Of a DNA stretch of 64,000 nucleotides, positions 46,825-57,525 are shown piece by piece (the stretch's first letter is position 1; each line of letters begins with the position of its first letter). The position numbers and the translations under genes are program-made. The notes under the pieces are model-generated. The model had not been told where the DNA came from. It searched no databases and saw nothing but the letters and a program-made list of their open reading frames with translations. The DNA is from Scenedesmus sp. PABB004 (Eukaryota), in assembly GCA_014905635.1 (NCBI GenBank), contig JABVCE010000005.1:372001-436000 (forward strand), given 5' to 3'.

Positions 46825-47279
46825 GGCGGGTGGCGCGCGGCAGCGAAGGGATGGGGGGGGGGGGGGCAGCAAACCCTGGGCTCGCCGCTGGCCCGCCCGC
46901 ACTTGGAGGGCTGCAGCCGGGACCGCCGAGTTTTGCTGTGCGCAATGCATCTGTCGGCGCGCGCGTGGGCGCTGCAGGCGCGCGTGCGTGCGCCGCCACA
47001 CCAGCGAGCCTGCCCGCAGGAGAGCAGCACTGAAATGGCCGCCGGCAGCGCCCGCCCGCGCTCGCTCGTGCGGAGCGCACTGCGGCGGCCAGTTTTGCGC
47101 GCGCGCAGCCGCGGCGTGGTGGTGGTGGTGTCGTGTTGTGTTGTGGACGCCGGCGCGCGCGGTGCAGCGGGCGCGGCTGCGAGCCCCGGGCTGGGCATGT
47201 GTGCTGGGGCCCTGCTCCTCCCCCGGGCGGCTGCAGGCCCCTGCCACACTGCCTGGCACGAGGCTTGCAGCCCGCCCGC

Positions 47280-47284
47280 TGTAA
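47280..47284 (+). terminator. Poly(A) signal TGTAA inside the putative alternative intron 46805-47454
   Basis: About 455 nt after the short-isoform stop, in UTR-like, T-richer sequence. Confidence 0.65.
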
Positions 47285-47454
47285 CACGCCGCCGCGTCTC
47301 CGTCGTCGTCCGCGCGCTCCCGCGCGGCACGCACCCACGCACGCGGCCGGCAGCACGCGGGGCGTGGTCGGGCGGGTGCGCTCGCCGTCTCGCGCTCCCG
47401 CTGCCCCCGGCCTCTGACATCCGCCCCGCTCTCACCCGCGCCGCCGCCACGCAG

Positions 47455-48186
47455 CCGCCGCCGCGCAGCCAGCGGCGGCCGACCTCGACCCGGGTGCGCA
47501 CGCCGCGCCCGCGCGCGGGGCGTCAGCACTGCTGTGGCGGCGGCGCATGGGGCCGGCGCGCCGGCTCCCCGGCGGCGCCGCCCGGGCGGCGCCGCCGCGA
47601 GCTCACGCCCGCCTGCGCGCCGCCCCGCCCCGCCCGCCCGCGCGCGCGCGCGCGCCCCGGCAGAGCGGCTGCGCAGCGTGTTTGAGGCGCTGCTGGCCAA
47701 CCCCGCGTCGCGCCAGCTCATGCGCAAGCTGCTCGACGGCGCGGGCATGGCGTTTGACGAGGCCGCGTTTGAGGAGCAGATCGCGGACAAGACCTACTTC
47801 TCCCTCGCCATCGCGCCCGTGCTGCGCCGCATGCCGCCGCAGAAGCTCGCGGTGCTCGCGGGCCTGCAGGTGCGCGCCGCGCCGCGCCGCGCCGCGCCGC
47901 GCCGCGCCGCGCCGCGCCGCGCCGCGCGCCCGCGCGGCACGCCACGGGCGCCGCGCAGCGCCCGACGCCGCCCGCGCGCCCGGGCGCGGCGGCGCAGGAC
48001 CCCGCCAAGCTGGACGAGCTCGTGCGCAGCGTCGCCGCGCTCGCCGCCGACGGCGGGCAGCTGGACGCGGTGACCGCGGAGCTGAGCGGCGACGTGCGCA
48101 ACACGGTGGAGAAGATTCGCGAGGGCGACCCGCTCGCCTCGGCCGGCGAGGAGGCGGGCGCGGCAGCGGGCGGCGAGAGCCGGTGA
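47455..48186 (+). CDS. Downstream coding exons (47455-47493, 47664-47869, 47998-48186), probably the alternative C-terminus of the 45032 gene
   Basis: They encode ordered helical sequence DLDPERLRSVFEALLANPASRQLMRKLL..LQDPAKLDELVRSV. An in-frame TGA at 47415 precedes them with no ATG, and the phase matches the donor at 46805. Confidence 0.7.
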
Positions 48187-48763
48187 GCTGCTTGCCTGTG
48201 GGTTGTTTGGTGTGCGGAGCGAGGGCTGGGACGCCCCCGCTGTGCGTGTCCGAGGGAGTGAGCGGCGGCGCGCGCCGATGTGATTGGCCTGCAGCCAGCC
48301 GCCGCTGCGCTCCGCTCCGGCCGCGCAGCCGCCGCCCGGAGGCAGGTGGCGCTGCAGCGATGGGTTTCTTTGACCGCGCGCCCGCGTTGGCCGGCAAAAC
48401 CCCGGCGGTCGAGCAGCAGCAAGCGCGACCAGGTCGGGCCTGACGCGCCCACAGCACGAGCAGGCGCGGAGCTGGCCGCCTCTTGCTCCCCACGCCCCAC
48501 CTCAGCCTTCCAAACCACGCGCGGAGCCCGCATCACGCCGGGCGCGCGCGAGTGACACCGGCCGCGTGCTGCCGCCCGCCACCCCCCCAGCCCGCCCACC
48601 CCACCGCGGCGGCCGCGTCCGTGCACGCAACGTCTCGAACCGAACGACGCGCCGGCTGCTGCGGCCTGCGGGCGACGTCAGCGCACGCGCGCGTCTGACA
48701 ACGGCCTGCAGCGCAGCCAGGATCCACGGGGCGCGCTGGCGCCGGCCAGCCGCCGTCGTGTCG

Positions 48764-50669
48764 ATGGTTCGACCTGCTGCGCTGCTCCGTGGGGCCGGCG
48801 CGGCCGCGGCGCTGCTGCTGCTGCTGCTGCTCGCCCCGACCGCGCGCGGCCACGGCATGGTGAGCGGCGCCCGCCGCTCCGCCCTGGGCCGAGGACGGGC
48901 GGACGCGCATGCGCCGGCCGTCGTGGCCGCCGCGGCCGCCGGCAGCCGCGCCGGTGACGCCGCCGTTTTTTACTGCTGCGCGCCGGGTGACCCGGTGTGT
49001 GCCGCCGCGCAGATCATCAAGCCCATGGCCCGCAACTACATGTCGTTCAAGTTTGACCCCATGGAGGTGCGCTCCTGGAGCCCGTCCGAGTGCAACGGCG
49101 GCGGCCCGAAGGTCGTGTCCGCCGGCCACACGCTGCAGTGGCCCGCGGGCCGGTTTGACCTCTGCGGCGAGGCGGCGAACAAGACGGCCAAGCGCTGGAA
49201 CTTTGCGCGCGAGCCGTCGGGTGCGCGGCGCGGCGGCGAGCGCGGCGCGGCGGCGCGCGGCAGGGCGGCGAGCGCGGCGCGGCGGCGCGCGGCAGGGCGG
49301 CGAGCGCGGCGGCGCGCGGCAGAGGCGCTCGCGTGCGGCCGCCGACGTGCCCGCGCCCCGCGCACGCGGCGCAGAGACGTACACGAGCGGGCAGGTCATC
49401 CAGGTGCACCAGCTGATCACGGCCAACCACGAGGGCCGCATGATCATGCGCGTCTGCCCCCTCAACGCGACGGCGGAGAACTACGACGCCGTCTGCACCA
49501 AGCTGCCCAGGTGCGGCCGCACGGGGGAGCGGCCGCCTGGCGGCAGCGCGGCGGCGGCTGAAGCACGGCGCCCCGCCGCGCGCCGCGCGGCGCGCCCACG
49601 CCCCGCCCCCGCCGGCCGCAGGGCGGGCTGCACGGGGCCGCACTGCGTGCACTGGACGCTGCCGCCGGGGCGGGGGCTCGACCGCAAGAAGCGCCCGCTG
49701 CTGCCCGGCTATACCGACAAGACCTTCACCTGGTACGTGCACGACAGCGCCGACGACTTTGACGGCGTGCCGACGTACGTCGTCAGCTACCAGCTGCCCC
49801 AGGGCTTTGCCTGCGAGCACTGCATCCTGCACTGGTACTGGCTCACCGGCAACACGTGCAACCCCGCGTGCGACGCGTCCGACCCGCTCTACCCCAACTG
49901 CGACCGCAACCGCATGGGCTACTGCGGCGAGAGCACGCGGCCGGAGAAGTACCCCGAGGAGTTTTGGAGCTGCAGCGACATCCGCATCGCCCTGGGCAGC
50001 GGTGGCGGCAGCAGCGCCAGCGGCGGCGGCAGCGGCAGCGGCGGCGGCAGCGGGAGCGGCGGCAGCAGCGGGAGCGGCGGCGGGGCGCGCGCCGCGGCAG
50101 CCGTGGCCGCACCCGCGTCGCCGCCACCGCCGTCGCAGCAGCAGGCGCAGCAGGCGCAGCAGGCGCAGCAGGCGCAGCAGACGCGGACGGCTGCATCGCA
50201 GTCCGGCAGCACGGCAGGGAGCCCCCCGCCGGCGGCGTCCTGGAGCGCGCCCTCGCCGCCGCCGGCGGCGTCCTGGAGCGCGCCGTCACCACCGCCGGCG
50301 GCGTCCTGGAGCGCGCCGTCGCCGCCGCCACCGGCGTCCTGGAGCGCGCCATCACCACCACCGGCGTCCTGGAGCGCGCCGTCGCCGCCACCGGCGGCGT
50401 CCTGGAGCGCGCCGTCACCACCGCCGCCGGCGTCCTGGAGCGCGCCCTCGCCGCCGCCGGCGGCGTCCTGGAGCGCGCCGTCACCACCGCCGCCGGCGTC
50501 CTGGAGCGCGCCGTCGCCGCCACCACCGGCGTCCTGGAGCGCGCCGTCGCCGCCACCGGCGTCCTGGAGCGCGCCGTCGCCGCCGCCGCCGGCGTCCTGG
50601 AGCGCGCCGTCGCCGCCGCCGGCCGCCTGGACTGCGCCGCCGCCGCCGCCGCCACCGCCGTCGGCATGA
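48764..50669 (+). CDS. Secreted lytic polysaccharide monooxygenase (AA15/AA10-like) with extensin-like tail, 4 exons
   Basis: Signal peptide ends ARG|H (His1 codon at 48851). Motifs HGMIIKPMARN, TANHEG (second His), LPQGFACEHCILHWYWLTGN and PEEFWSCSDI. Confidence 0.88.
50220..50640 (+). repeat. Coding tandem repeat of 30/33-bp units encoding SPPP(P/A)ASWSAP x12 plus one degenerate unit
   Basis: The core CGGCGTCCTGGAGCGCGCC is repeated in frame with synonymous variation. Confidence 0.95.
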
Positions 50670-51674
50670 TCACTGATCACGACCCGGCGGCTGGTGAGCT
50701 GGGCCGGCGCCCGGCGCCGGTGGCAGCACCCGCGCTGGTGCCAGGCTTGTCGGCCTCCCAGCTGCGCAGCGGCCTGCGCGGGCGATTCTATGTGCCAGTG
50801 AGTGATTACTGAGAGCGAGAGACACAGCCGACCCACAACAGTCGTTGCGCAGGCGGGCCAGCACCCGTCGTCGTCGCCACATCTCTTTGCAGACAGACTG
50901 ACAGACAGACTTGAACCTCGCGCCACGGCACCACCGCCGCGAGTGCGGGCGCACCAGGCAGCTGGCAGGCGCATGGCGCCACCACCACCCCTGGCACCCA
51001 GGCGCCAACCGAAGAAGGGACCTCTTGTCGATTCGCTGCCGGCGCGCACCCGGTATCGTGGGCGTTGGTTTTGACCGTGCGTGGCGACTCGGCGACTGCG
51101 CCCGCAACGCACGCGCGTGCTGCCCGGCTCTTGCCGGCAGGGCGTCGTGGAGGGCGGCGCGTGGGTGGCCGGCGTTGGTAGGCAGCAGCACTGCTGAGGG
51201 GCGCCGCACCTCGACACGCGGGTGCGCGCGCGGGGGTAGCAAGACTAGTGCGGCTGGTGACAGCGCGCACGCAGACGTGCGTGCCACAGTCTCAGCCCGT
51301 GAGCGTCCGACCCACCTGACTGCAGCGGCACACAGCGGTGTGTGCGGGCGGGCGTGGGCCTCAGCCTTCCAGGCTAGCCAATAAACGTGCGGGCGGGAGG
51401 CCCTCAGTGGTGGCCTCGGAACGGGGGACATGACCCACTCACCCGGGCGGCGGTGGCGGGTGACTGGGGGCGATGGGGGCGGGGGGCACCCGGTCCTTGC
51501 TGGGGCGGCGGTGGCGGCGGTAACACCCCGCGGCGCGGGTCTGGTGTTTCAATGCCGACCAAGCCTTGATCACAGTCAACAGGCCCCCGTATGGACACGC
51601 GGCGGCGCCCCGTGCCAGCCCAGCACCCCCCGCCCAACCCAGCCCGGGCGCCGCCACCGGCGCCTCGCGGCGCC

Positions 51675-53736
51675 TCACTGCGCCTCGACCTCGGCCGCGG
51701 CGCCGTGCGGCGGCGCGGGCGCGCCCTGCGCGCCGGCCTTGCGCGTGATGACGCCGGCGCGCATGCTCACGCTGTCGGCGAGCTGCATGAGCGCCAGGTG
51801 CAGCTGCGCGGGCGTCGCCGGCCGCAGCGCCGGCTCGGGCCCGCCGCCGCCGCCGCCGCCGGCCTGCTGGCGCTGCTTCTGCTCGTTGTAGGCCGCCGTG
51901 TACGCGGCGTGCAGCTCCGCGACGCTCACCGACGGCCGCGACTTGGTCAGCAGGTCTGCGCCGCGGCGCGGGGCGCGGCGCGGGCGGCGCGCGGCGCGTG
52001 GGCGGCCGGCGCGGAGCGGAGCTGCGGGCGGCCGCGCCGCCGCCGCCACCGCGCGCGTGCGGAGCCCGCGCGGGGCCCGCGGCCGCCCCGCCCAGCACGC
52101 GGCGGCGCACCGTCGAGCAGGCCGCGCAGGAAGGCCGGCAGCGCCTCGCTGAGGAATGTGCGCGTCGCGCTGCTGCCGCCGCCGGTGAGCAGGTTCATAT
52201 CGAGGCGGCCCTCCTCGTCCGCGGCGGCCACGCTCAGCGCGTCGTGCCACAGGCGGTACGCGGACCGCACGTCCTCCTCCGTCACCTGACGCGGCGCGCG
52301 GCGCGGTCAGCGCGGTCAGCGCGGCGCGCCCAGCGCGCGCGGCGCGGGCGCGTGCGCGCGGGCGGCGCGGGCGGCAGCGCGCGGGCGGCGGCGCGTGGGC
52401 GGCGGCGCGCGGCGCGGCGGCGCGCGGCGCGGCGGCGGCGCGCACCGTGTCGCGCAGGTGCATGCGCGCGAGGGCCTCGCTGATGCGTATCATCGCCTCC
52501 AGCTGGCGCGGCGTGGCCGACACGCGGCCCGCCTGCGGCGCGCGGCGCGGGCCCCCGCGTGAGCGGGCGTTCCTGCGGAGCGCCGCGCCTGCGGGACGCC
52601 ACGCCGCGCAGCGCTGCGCGGCGCACCCCCTCGTTGCGGCAGGAGCGGCGCAGCTCCTTGTAGCCCTCGATGAGCCGCGCCTCGGCCTCGGGCGCAAAGC
52701 TCGGCTTGACGCGCGCGCGCGCAAAGGCGATGAAGTCGCGCAGCTCCGACGCCGAGTAGGGCTGCGCGGGAGGGGGCGGCGCCAGCGCACGGCGTTGAGA
52801 GGCCGCGGCGCGGGCGCGGGCGCGAGCAACGGCGCGGGCGACGGCGCGGCGCACCGGCTGCGTGCTGGCGGGCACGTCGCGCCAGAAGAGGCTGATGAGG
52901 TGCTTTGCGAGGCGGCGGTCCTTGTCGGCGTCGCGGTTGTCCAGCACCTGCGGGGGGCGCGACGGCGGCGGCATTGCGCCGGCGTGCGCAGCGGCCCTGG
53001 TGCGCACACACAGCACGCACAGCACGCACAGCATGCACGCACACGGAGCACACAGAGCGCACAGAGCACACAGAGCACACACAGCACGCACCAGGTACAC
53101 GAGGTCAAAGCGGCTCAGCAGCGTGGGCGGCAGGTTGATGTTCTCAGCCAGCGTCAGCTCAGGCAGGTAGCTGCGGGCGCGGCGCGGCGCGGCACGGCGC
53201 GGCGGGGTGGGTGAGCGCGTTCGGGCCGGGGCGGGCGGCCGCTGGCTGGCGGCGGCGGCGGCGCACCGCGAGCCCTTGGGGTTGGCGCACGCGAGGATGG
53301 ACGTGCGCGCGTTGAGCTGGCTCACCAGGCCCGCCTTGGCCACCGACACGGTCTGCTGCTCCATCACCTGCGGCGGCGCGGCGCGGTGCGGCGCCCCGCG
53401 TGCTCTCGGCGCCCGCGCTGGCCCAGGCCAGACCGCGCGACCGCGGCCCCGCCGGGCGGATCTCTCGCCGCATCCGCGCCCCCTGCGCCCGCGCCACCGC
53501 GCGCCGCGCAGCGCCGCCGGGGCGCGCCGCACCTCGTGCAGCATCGCGCGCGCGCCGTCGCTCATCTTGTCAAACTCGTCGATGCAGCAGATTCCGCGGT
53601 CGCTCAGCACGAGCGCGCCGCTCTCGAGGACCATCTCGTTGGTCTCCGGGTCGCGCGTCACGTACGCGGTCAGGCCCACCGCGCTGCTGCCCTTGCCGCT
53701 CGTGTAGATGCCTGGGTTCAGGCGGCGGCCGGTCGC

Positions 53737-53806
<70 letters not shown>

Positions 53807-54886
53807 GTGGGTGCGCAGGAGGTGGGCGGCGACGCGTGCGCGCGAGCGGCGCGCGAGCGCGGCGGCGGGGTGCGGCGGGGCGCGGCGCGGCGGCGGCGCA
53901 CCGCGCGGCGCGACGTGGTGCACGAAGCCCAGCAGCTGCGACTTGGACACGCTGGGGTCGCCGACGACGAGGACGTTGATGTCGCCGCGGATGCCGCCCT
54001 TGCTGCTGCCGCCCGCGCTGTGCGGCGGCGGGTGCGGGCGCGGCCGCGGGCGCGGTGAGCCACGGGGCAGCACGGGAGCGTGTGGCCGTGTGCGTCCGTG
54101 CGCTGCGCGGCGCGGCGCCGCGCACGTGCTGGTCGAGTCGCCGCCGAGCGCGGCCGCGGTCGACTTGCTGACGCCGCCGAAGAGCTGGCAGAGCAGGCCC
54201 TTCTTGACGCTGTCCATGTCGATCACGCGCGGCGCGCAGCTCGCGATGAGCTTGGAAAAGTGCTCCGGGTCGGCCGCCATCGCCTGCCGCGGGCGGCGCG
54301 GCGCGGCGTGGGCGGGCGCGCGGCGTGCGCGCGCGCGTGCGCGGTGGTGGTGGTGGTGATGGTATGAACCCCGGGGCAGGCAGGCGCGCGCCTCACCCGG
54401 AAGCGCGCCTCCTTCTCCGCCAGCTCCGCGCGGCTCACGTTGCCGCCGGCAACGCCCTCGCCGCCCTGCGTTTGCGACGGCTCCGTGCCGAGGCCCTCCT
54501 GCGGCGCCGGCGCCGGCGGCGGCGGTGGCGTGGGCCACGCGCGCAGCTCTGCCACCTCGCCCACGCACACACGGCTCGCCGCCGCCGCCGCCACCGGCAT
54601 TGCCGCCGCCGCCGCCGCCGCACCTGGCTGTTTGCGCCGGCGGGGCCGCGGCGCGCGTACGCGCGCTCGCTGTCGTCCTTGGCCACGTGGACCACGTCCA
54701 GGTAGGTCTTGAACAGCGCGTGCGCGGCGCGCTGCCGCGGGTTGAGGCGCAGCCGCGTCGCGCGGAAGATGCCTGCGGGGCGCCGCGGCGCAGCCGGCGG
54801 CGGCACAGGTCACGCGCAGCGCAGCGCGGCGCCGGCGGCGGTGGCCGGGCGAGGGCTGGACGCACGGCGCGGCGCGCGCGCGGCAT

Positions 54887-54928
<42 letters not shown>

Positions 54929-56602
54929 CCAGCGGCGGGAGCAGGGCCTGTGGGCGGCGCACCGGTGATGGTGACCTTGTCGCCGGGCTTGGCGGCGTCG
55001 ACGTTGGTGTCAAACGCGTACATCAGCAGCGAGCGCGGCGTCTCGCCCTCGGGGATGTTGGAGGGGTCCTCCTGCATCTTCACCACCTGCGCAGCCAGCC
55101 GGCGGCGCGGCGCGGCGCGGAGGAGGGTGGGCGGGTGGGCGCCGCGGCCGGCGCGCGCGCGGCGCCCAGCAGCCACGGGCCCGCCGCGGCTGCCGCAGCC
55201 CCGCCCGGGCCCCAGCGCCAGCCGCGGCCCGCGGCTCCCACGCGGCCGCGCCTGGCGGTTGAGGAAACCGCAGCGGTTGGGCACCATGCGCAGCGTCGCC
55301 TTGGCGCCGCAGCCGCCGCACGCGCCGGGGACGCTCACGACGCCGCGGTCGACGATGTCGGACGCCTCGGCGCCGCACGACTCGCAGCGGAACACCGCCA
55401 GCCTGCGCGGCGCGCGCGCCGCGGTGTGAGGCCCCGCGCGGCGCCACGCCGCCCGCGCGCCGCCCGCGCGCTGCCGGCGCCGCCCTCCTCCTCACTCACC
55501 GCAGGTCTGGGATGATGCCGCCCGTGCGCGTGACCATGCCGCGCACGCTGACGAGGCTGTCGATGTCAATCGGGTCCAGGTCGCGGATCGCGCGCACGCT
55601 GTCCAGGTTGAACAGCCGCACCTGCAGGCGGCGCGGCGGCAGGCGGCGGCGGTGGCGCGCGCTCGGCGCCGCGCCGCCGCCGCGAGCGCGGCGGCCGGGG
55701 CCCCCCTGCACGGCTGCGACAGCAGCGCCGCGGCCCCGCGCCCCCGCGCCGCGCCTGCAGCTTGTCGTTGGGCGCGTCGAGCCCGAGCTCCGCGAGAAGG
55801 TCTGCCTGCTCGCCCGCGAGCGCGTTGACCGCATCGTCCCAGATGAGCATCATGTCCTCGGGGCTCTCCACGCTCGCCGCGAGCAGGCGCGGGCTGCTCG
55901 CCTTGACGTGCGCCGCGTCGACGTTGAGGCTGCTCACGCCGTCGCCGAGCACCTGCGTCGCGCGGCACGCGGCGCGGCCGCGGCGGCGCGCGCGGGCGGC
56001 GGGCGGCGTCACGGGCGGGCGTCACGGGCGGGCGGGGGCGGCGGCGCGCGTGCGCTGAGGCGTGCGCTGCGGCGGCGGAAGCGGCGCGCGCCTGGCGCAG
56101 GATGGCCACGTAGGTCGGCAGGCCGCCGCCGGGCTGGCTGGGCTCGACCTCGCCGCTCGCGGCCGCAGCCGGCGGCGCGGCGTGAAAGGTGGTGAGGAAG
56201 CGGCGCACCGCCGCCGCCATCTCGGCGTGCGTGTAGGTGGTGCCCCAGATGCGCCGCGTGGCGTCGAGGTCGGTGTCGGCCTGCGCGGGCGGCGCCGGCG
56301 GCGGCGTGTCGGTGTGACAGGCACGTCGGTGTGCACGCAGGCGCGCGGGCGTGCAGGCGTGGCGGCCGCCCGCCTCTGCGCCGTGGGCGCGGTGCGCTCG
56401 CCGCCGCGCGCTCACCGCCGAGGGAATGTAGCTGCTCGCGCGGCTGCGCATGCCGCCCACGCGCCCGGGCGTGCGCGCGACGCTGTCGGGCGCCATGCCG
56501 GGCGTGGGCAGCAGCCCGCTCGTGCCGCCGGGCGTGGCGCTCGGCAGCGGCGCGGCATCGCCGTTCTCGTTCGCGCCGGCGTCCGCCATGTCGTCGTCGC
56601 TG

Positions 56603-56641
<39 letters not shown>

Positions 56642-57088
56642 GCGGCGGCGGGCGCGCGGCGCGCGGCGCGGCGGGCGCCGCGCGCGGGCCGGCCGCTCGC
56701 CGCCTCCTTGTCGGTCGCGCCGGTCGCCTGCGAGTCCAGCATGGGCAGGTCCTCGTCCTGCACGTTGGAGGGGATGCTCGACAGCGGCGCCGACGCGCGG
56801 CGGCCTGCGGACGGCGGGGGCGGGGCGCGCGTGGGCCGTGCTCGCGGCCCGCGCGCTGGCGGCGCGGACCGCGCAGCGCGCGGCGCTCACCGCCGCTCCT
56901 GCCCCGGCCGGTGCTCTTCGCGCTGGCCGGCGAGAAGGGGGCGGAGGCGTCTGGCGCGGCGCGGGGGCGCGTGAGGGCGGCGCTGCGGCGGGGCGAGCGC
57001 CGCGAGCAGCGCGCAAGCACCGCCGCTGCCGCGCCCGCCGCTCACCGCCGGTGCGCCGCGTGGCGGGCGTGCCCTGGCTGTCGGCCAT
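51675..57088 (-). CDS. MCM4: DNA replication licensing factor MCM4, about 20 exons
   Basis: Zinc finger CESC..CGGC, MQEDPSNIPEGETP, RGDINVLVVGDPSVSKSQLL, YTSGKGSSAVGLTAYVTRDPET..LESGALVLSDRGICCIDEFDKM, LPPTLLSRFDL and ATPRQLE; S/TP-rich N-terminus. Confidence 0.95.
53738..53803 (+). repeat. (CGG)22 microsatellite in an MCM4 intron
   Basis: Read directly from the sequence. Confidence 0.9.
54888..54926 (+). repeat. (CAG)13 microsatellite in an MCM4 intron
   Basis: Read directly from the sequence. Confidence 0.9.
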
Positions 57089-57430
57089 GGCGGCGGCTGG
57101 CGGCTGTCTCGGGCGCTACCGCGTCGGCGCTGCGCGCCCGGAGGCGCGGGCGGGGGCTCGAGTGATGGGCGTGCGCGCCCGGCGCCCTGGCGGCAGTGGG
57201 CCGCGCGCGCTCGCGGGGAGGGCTTCGGCGCGCCGAGCGCGATCGGCCGGCGGCGCGAACCGGCGACGCGGACACGCGAGGCGCGCGTGCGCGGCGGGCG
57301 AGTGCGGGCGCGCGCGGGGAGGCGCTGCGGAGGGCCGTGCCGGCCGTGCGGTGCGCGGGAGCCTTTGATCACGTCCCAATCAGAGCTGGACTGCAGGGCC
57401 GCGACGGCTGGGCAGAAACCGAGCAAAAAA

Positions 57431-57465
57431 TTTGAACCCGGCGGGAGCGGGAGGCTCCCGCCGGG
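57431..57465. promoter_or_regulatory. Perfect 12-bp inverted repeat with E2F-like cores and adjacent TTTGAA, upstream of MCM4 and downstream of NSUN2
   Basis: Arms CCCGGCGGGAGC (57437-57448) and GCTCCCGCCGGG (57454-57465). The function is inferred. Confidence 0.45.
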
Positions 57466-57525
57466 AGCGCCGGTGCCGGGCGCACCGACCAGCAGCGCCG
57501 TCACACGCGCATCACAGCCCGACCC

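Noticed and set aside
44680..47790. 1036-aa minus-strand ORF, and similar long Arg/Ala/Gly/Pro ORFs such as 8395-10761 and 20793-22982
   Set aside because: These are shadow ORFs caused by stop-codon scarcity at very high GC. They lie antisense or off-frame to real genes and have no motifs.
47720..48186. Independent small gene starting at ATG 47720
   Set aside because: Coding-like sequence and splice sites extend upstream of this ATG and phase-match the donor at 46805, so alternative 3' exons explain it better. Not fully excluded.
50220..50640. CRISPR-like regular repeat array
   Set aside because: There are no unique spacers; the units are in-frame coding repeats in a eukaryotic gene and no cas genes are present.
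50666..50812. 48-aa ORF overlapping the LPMO stop via ATGA (translational coupling)
   Set aside because: It has no recognisable motif or coding bias, and short ORFs are expected by chance at this GC content.
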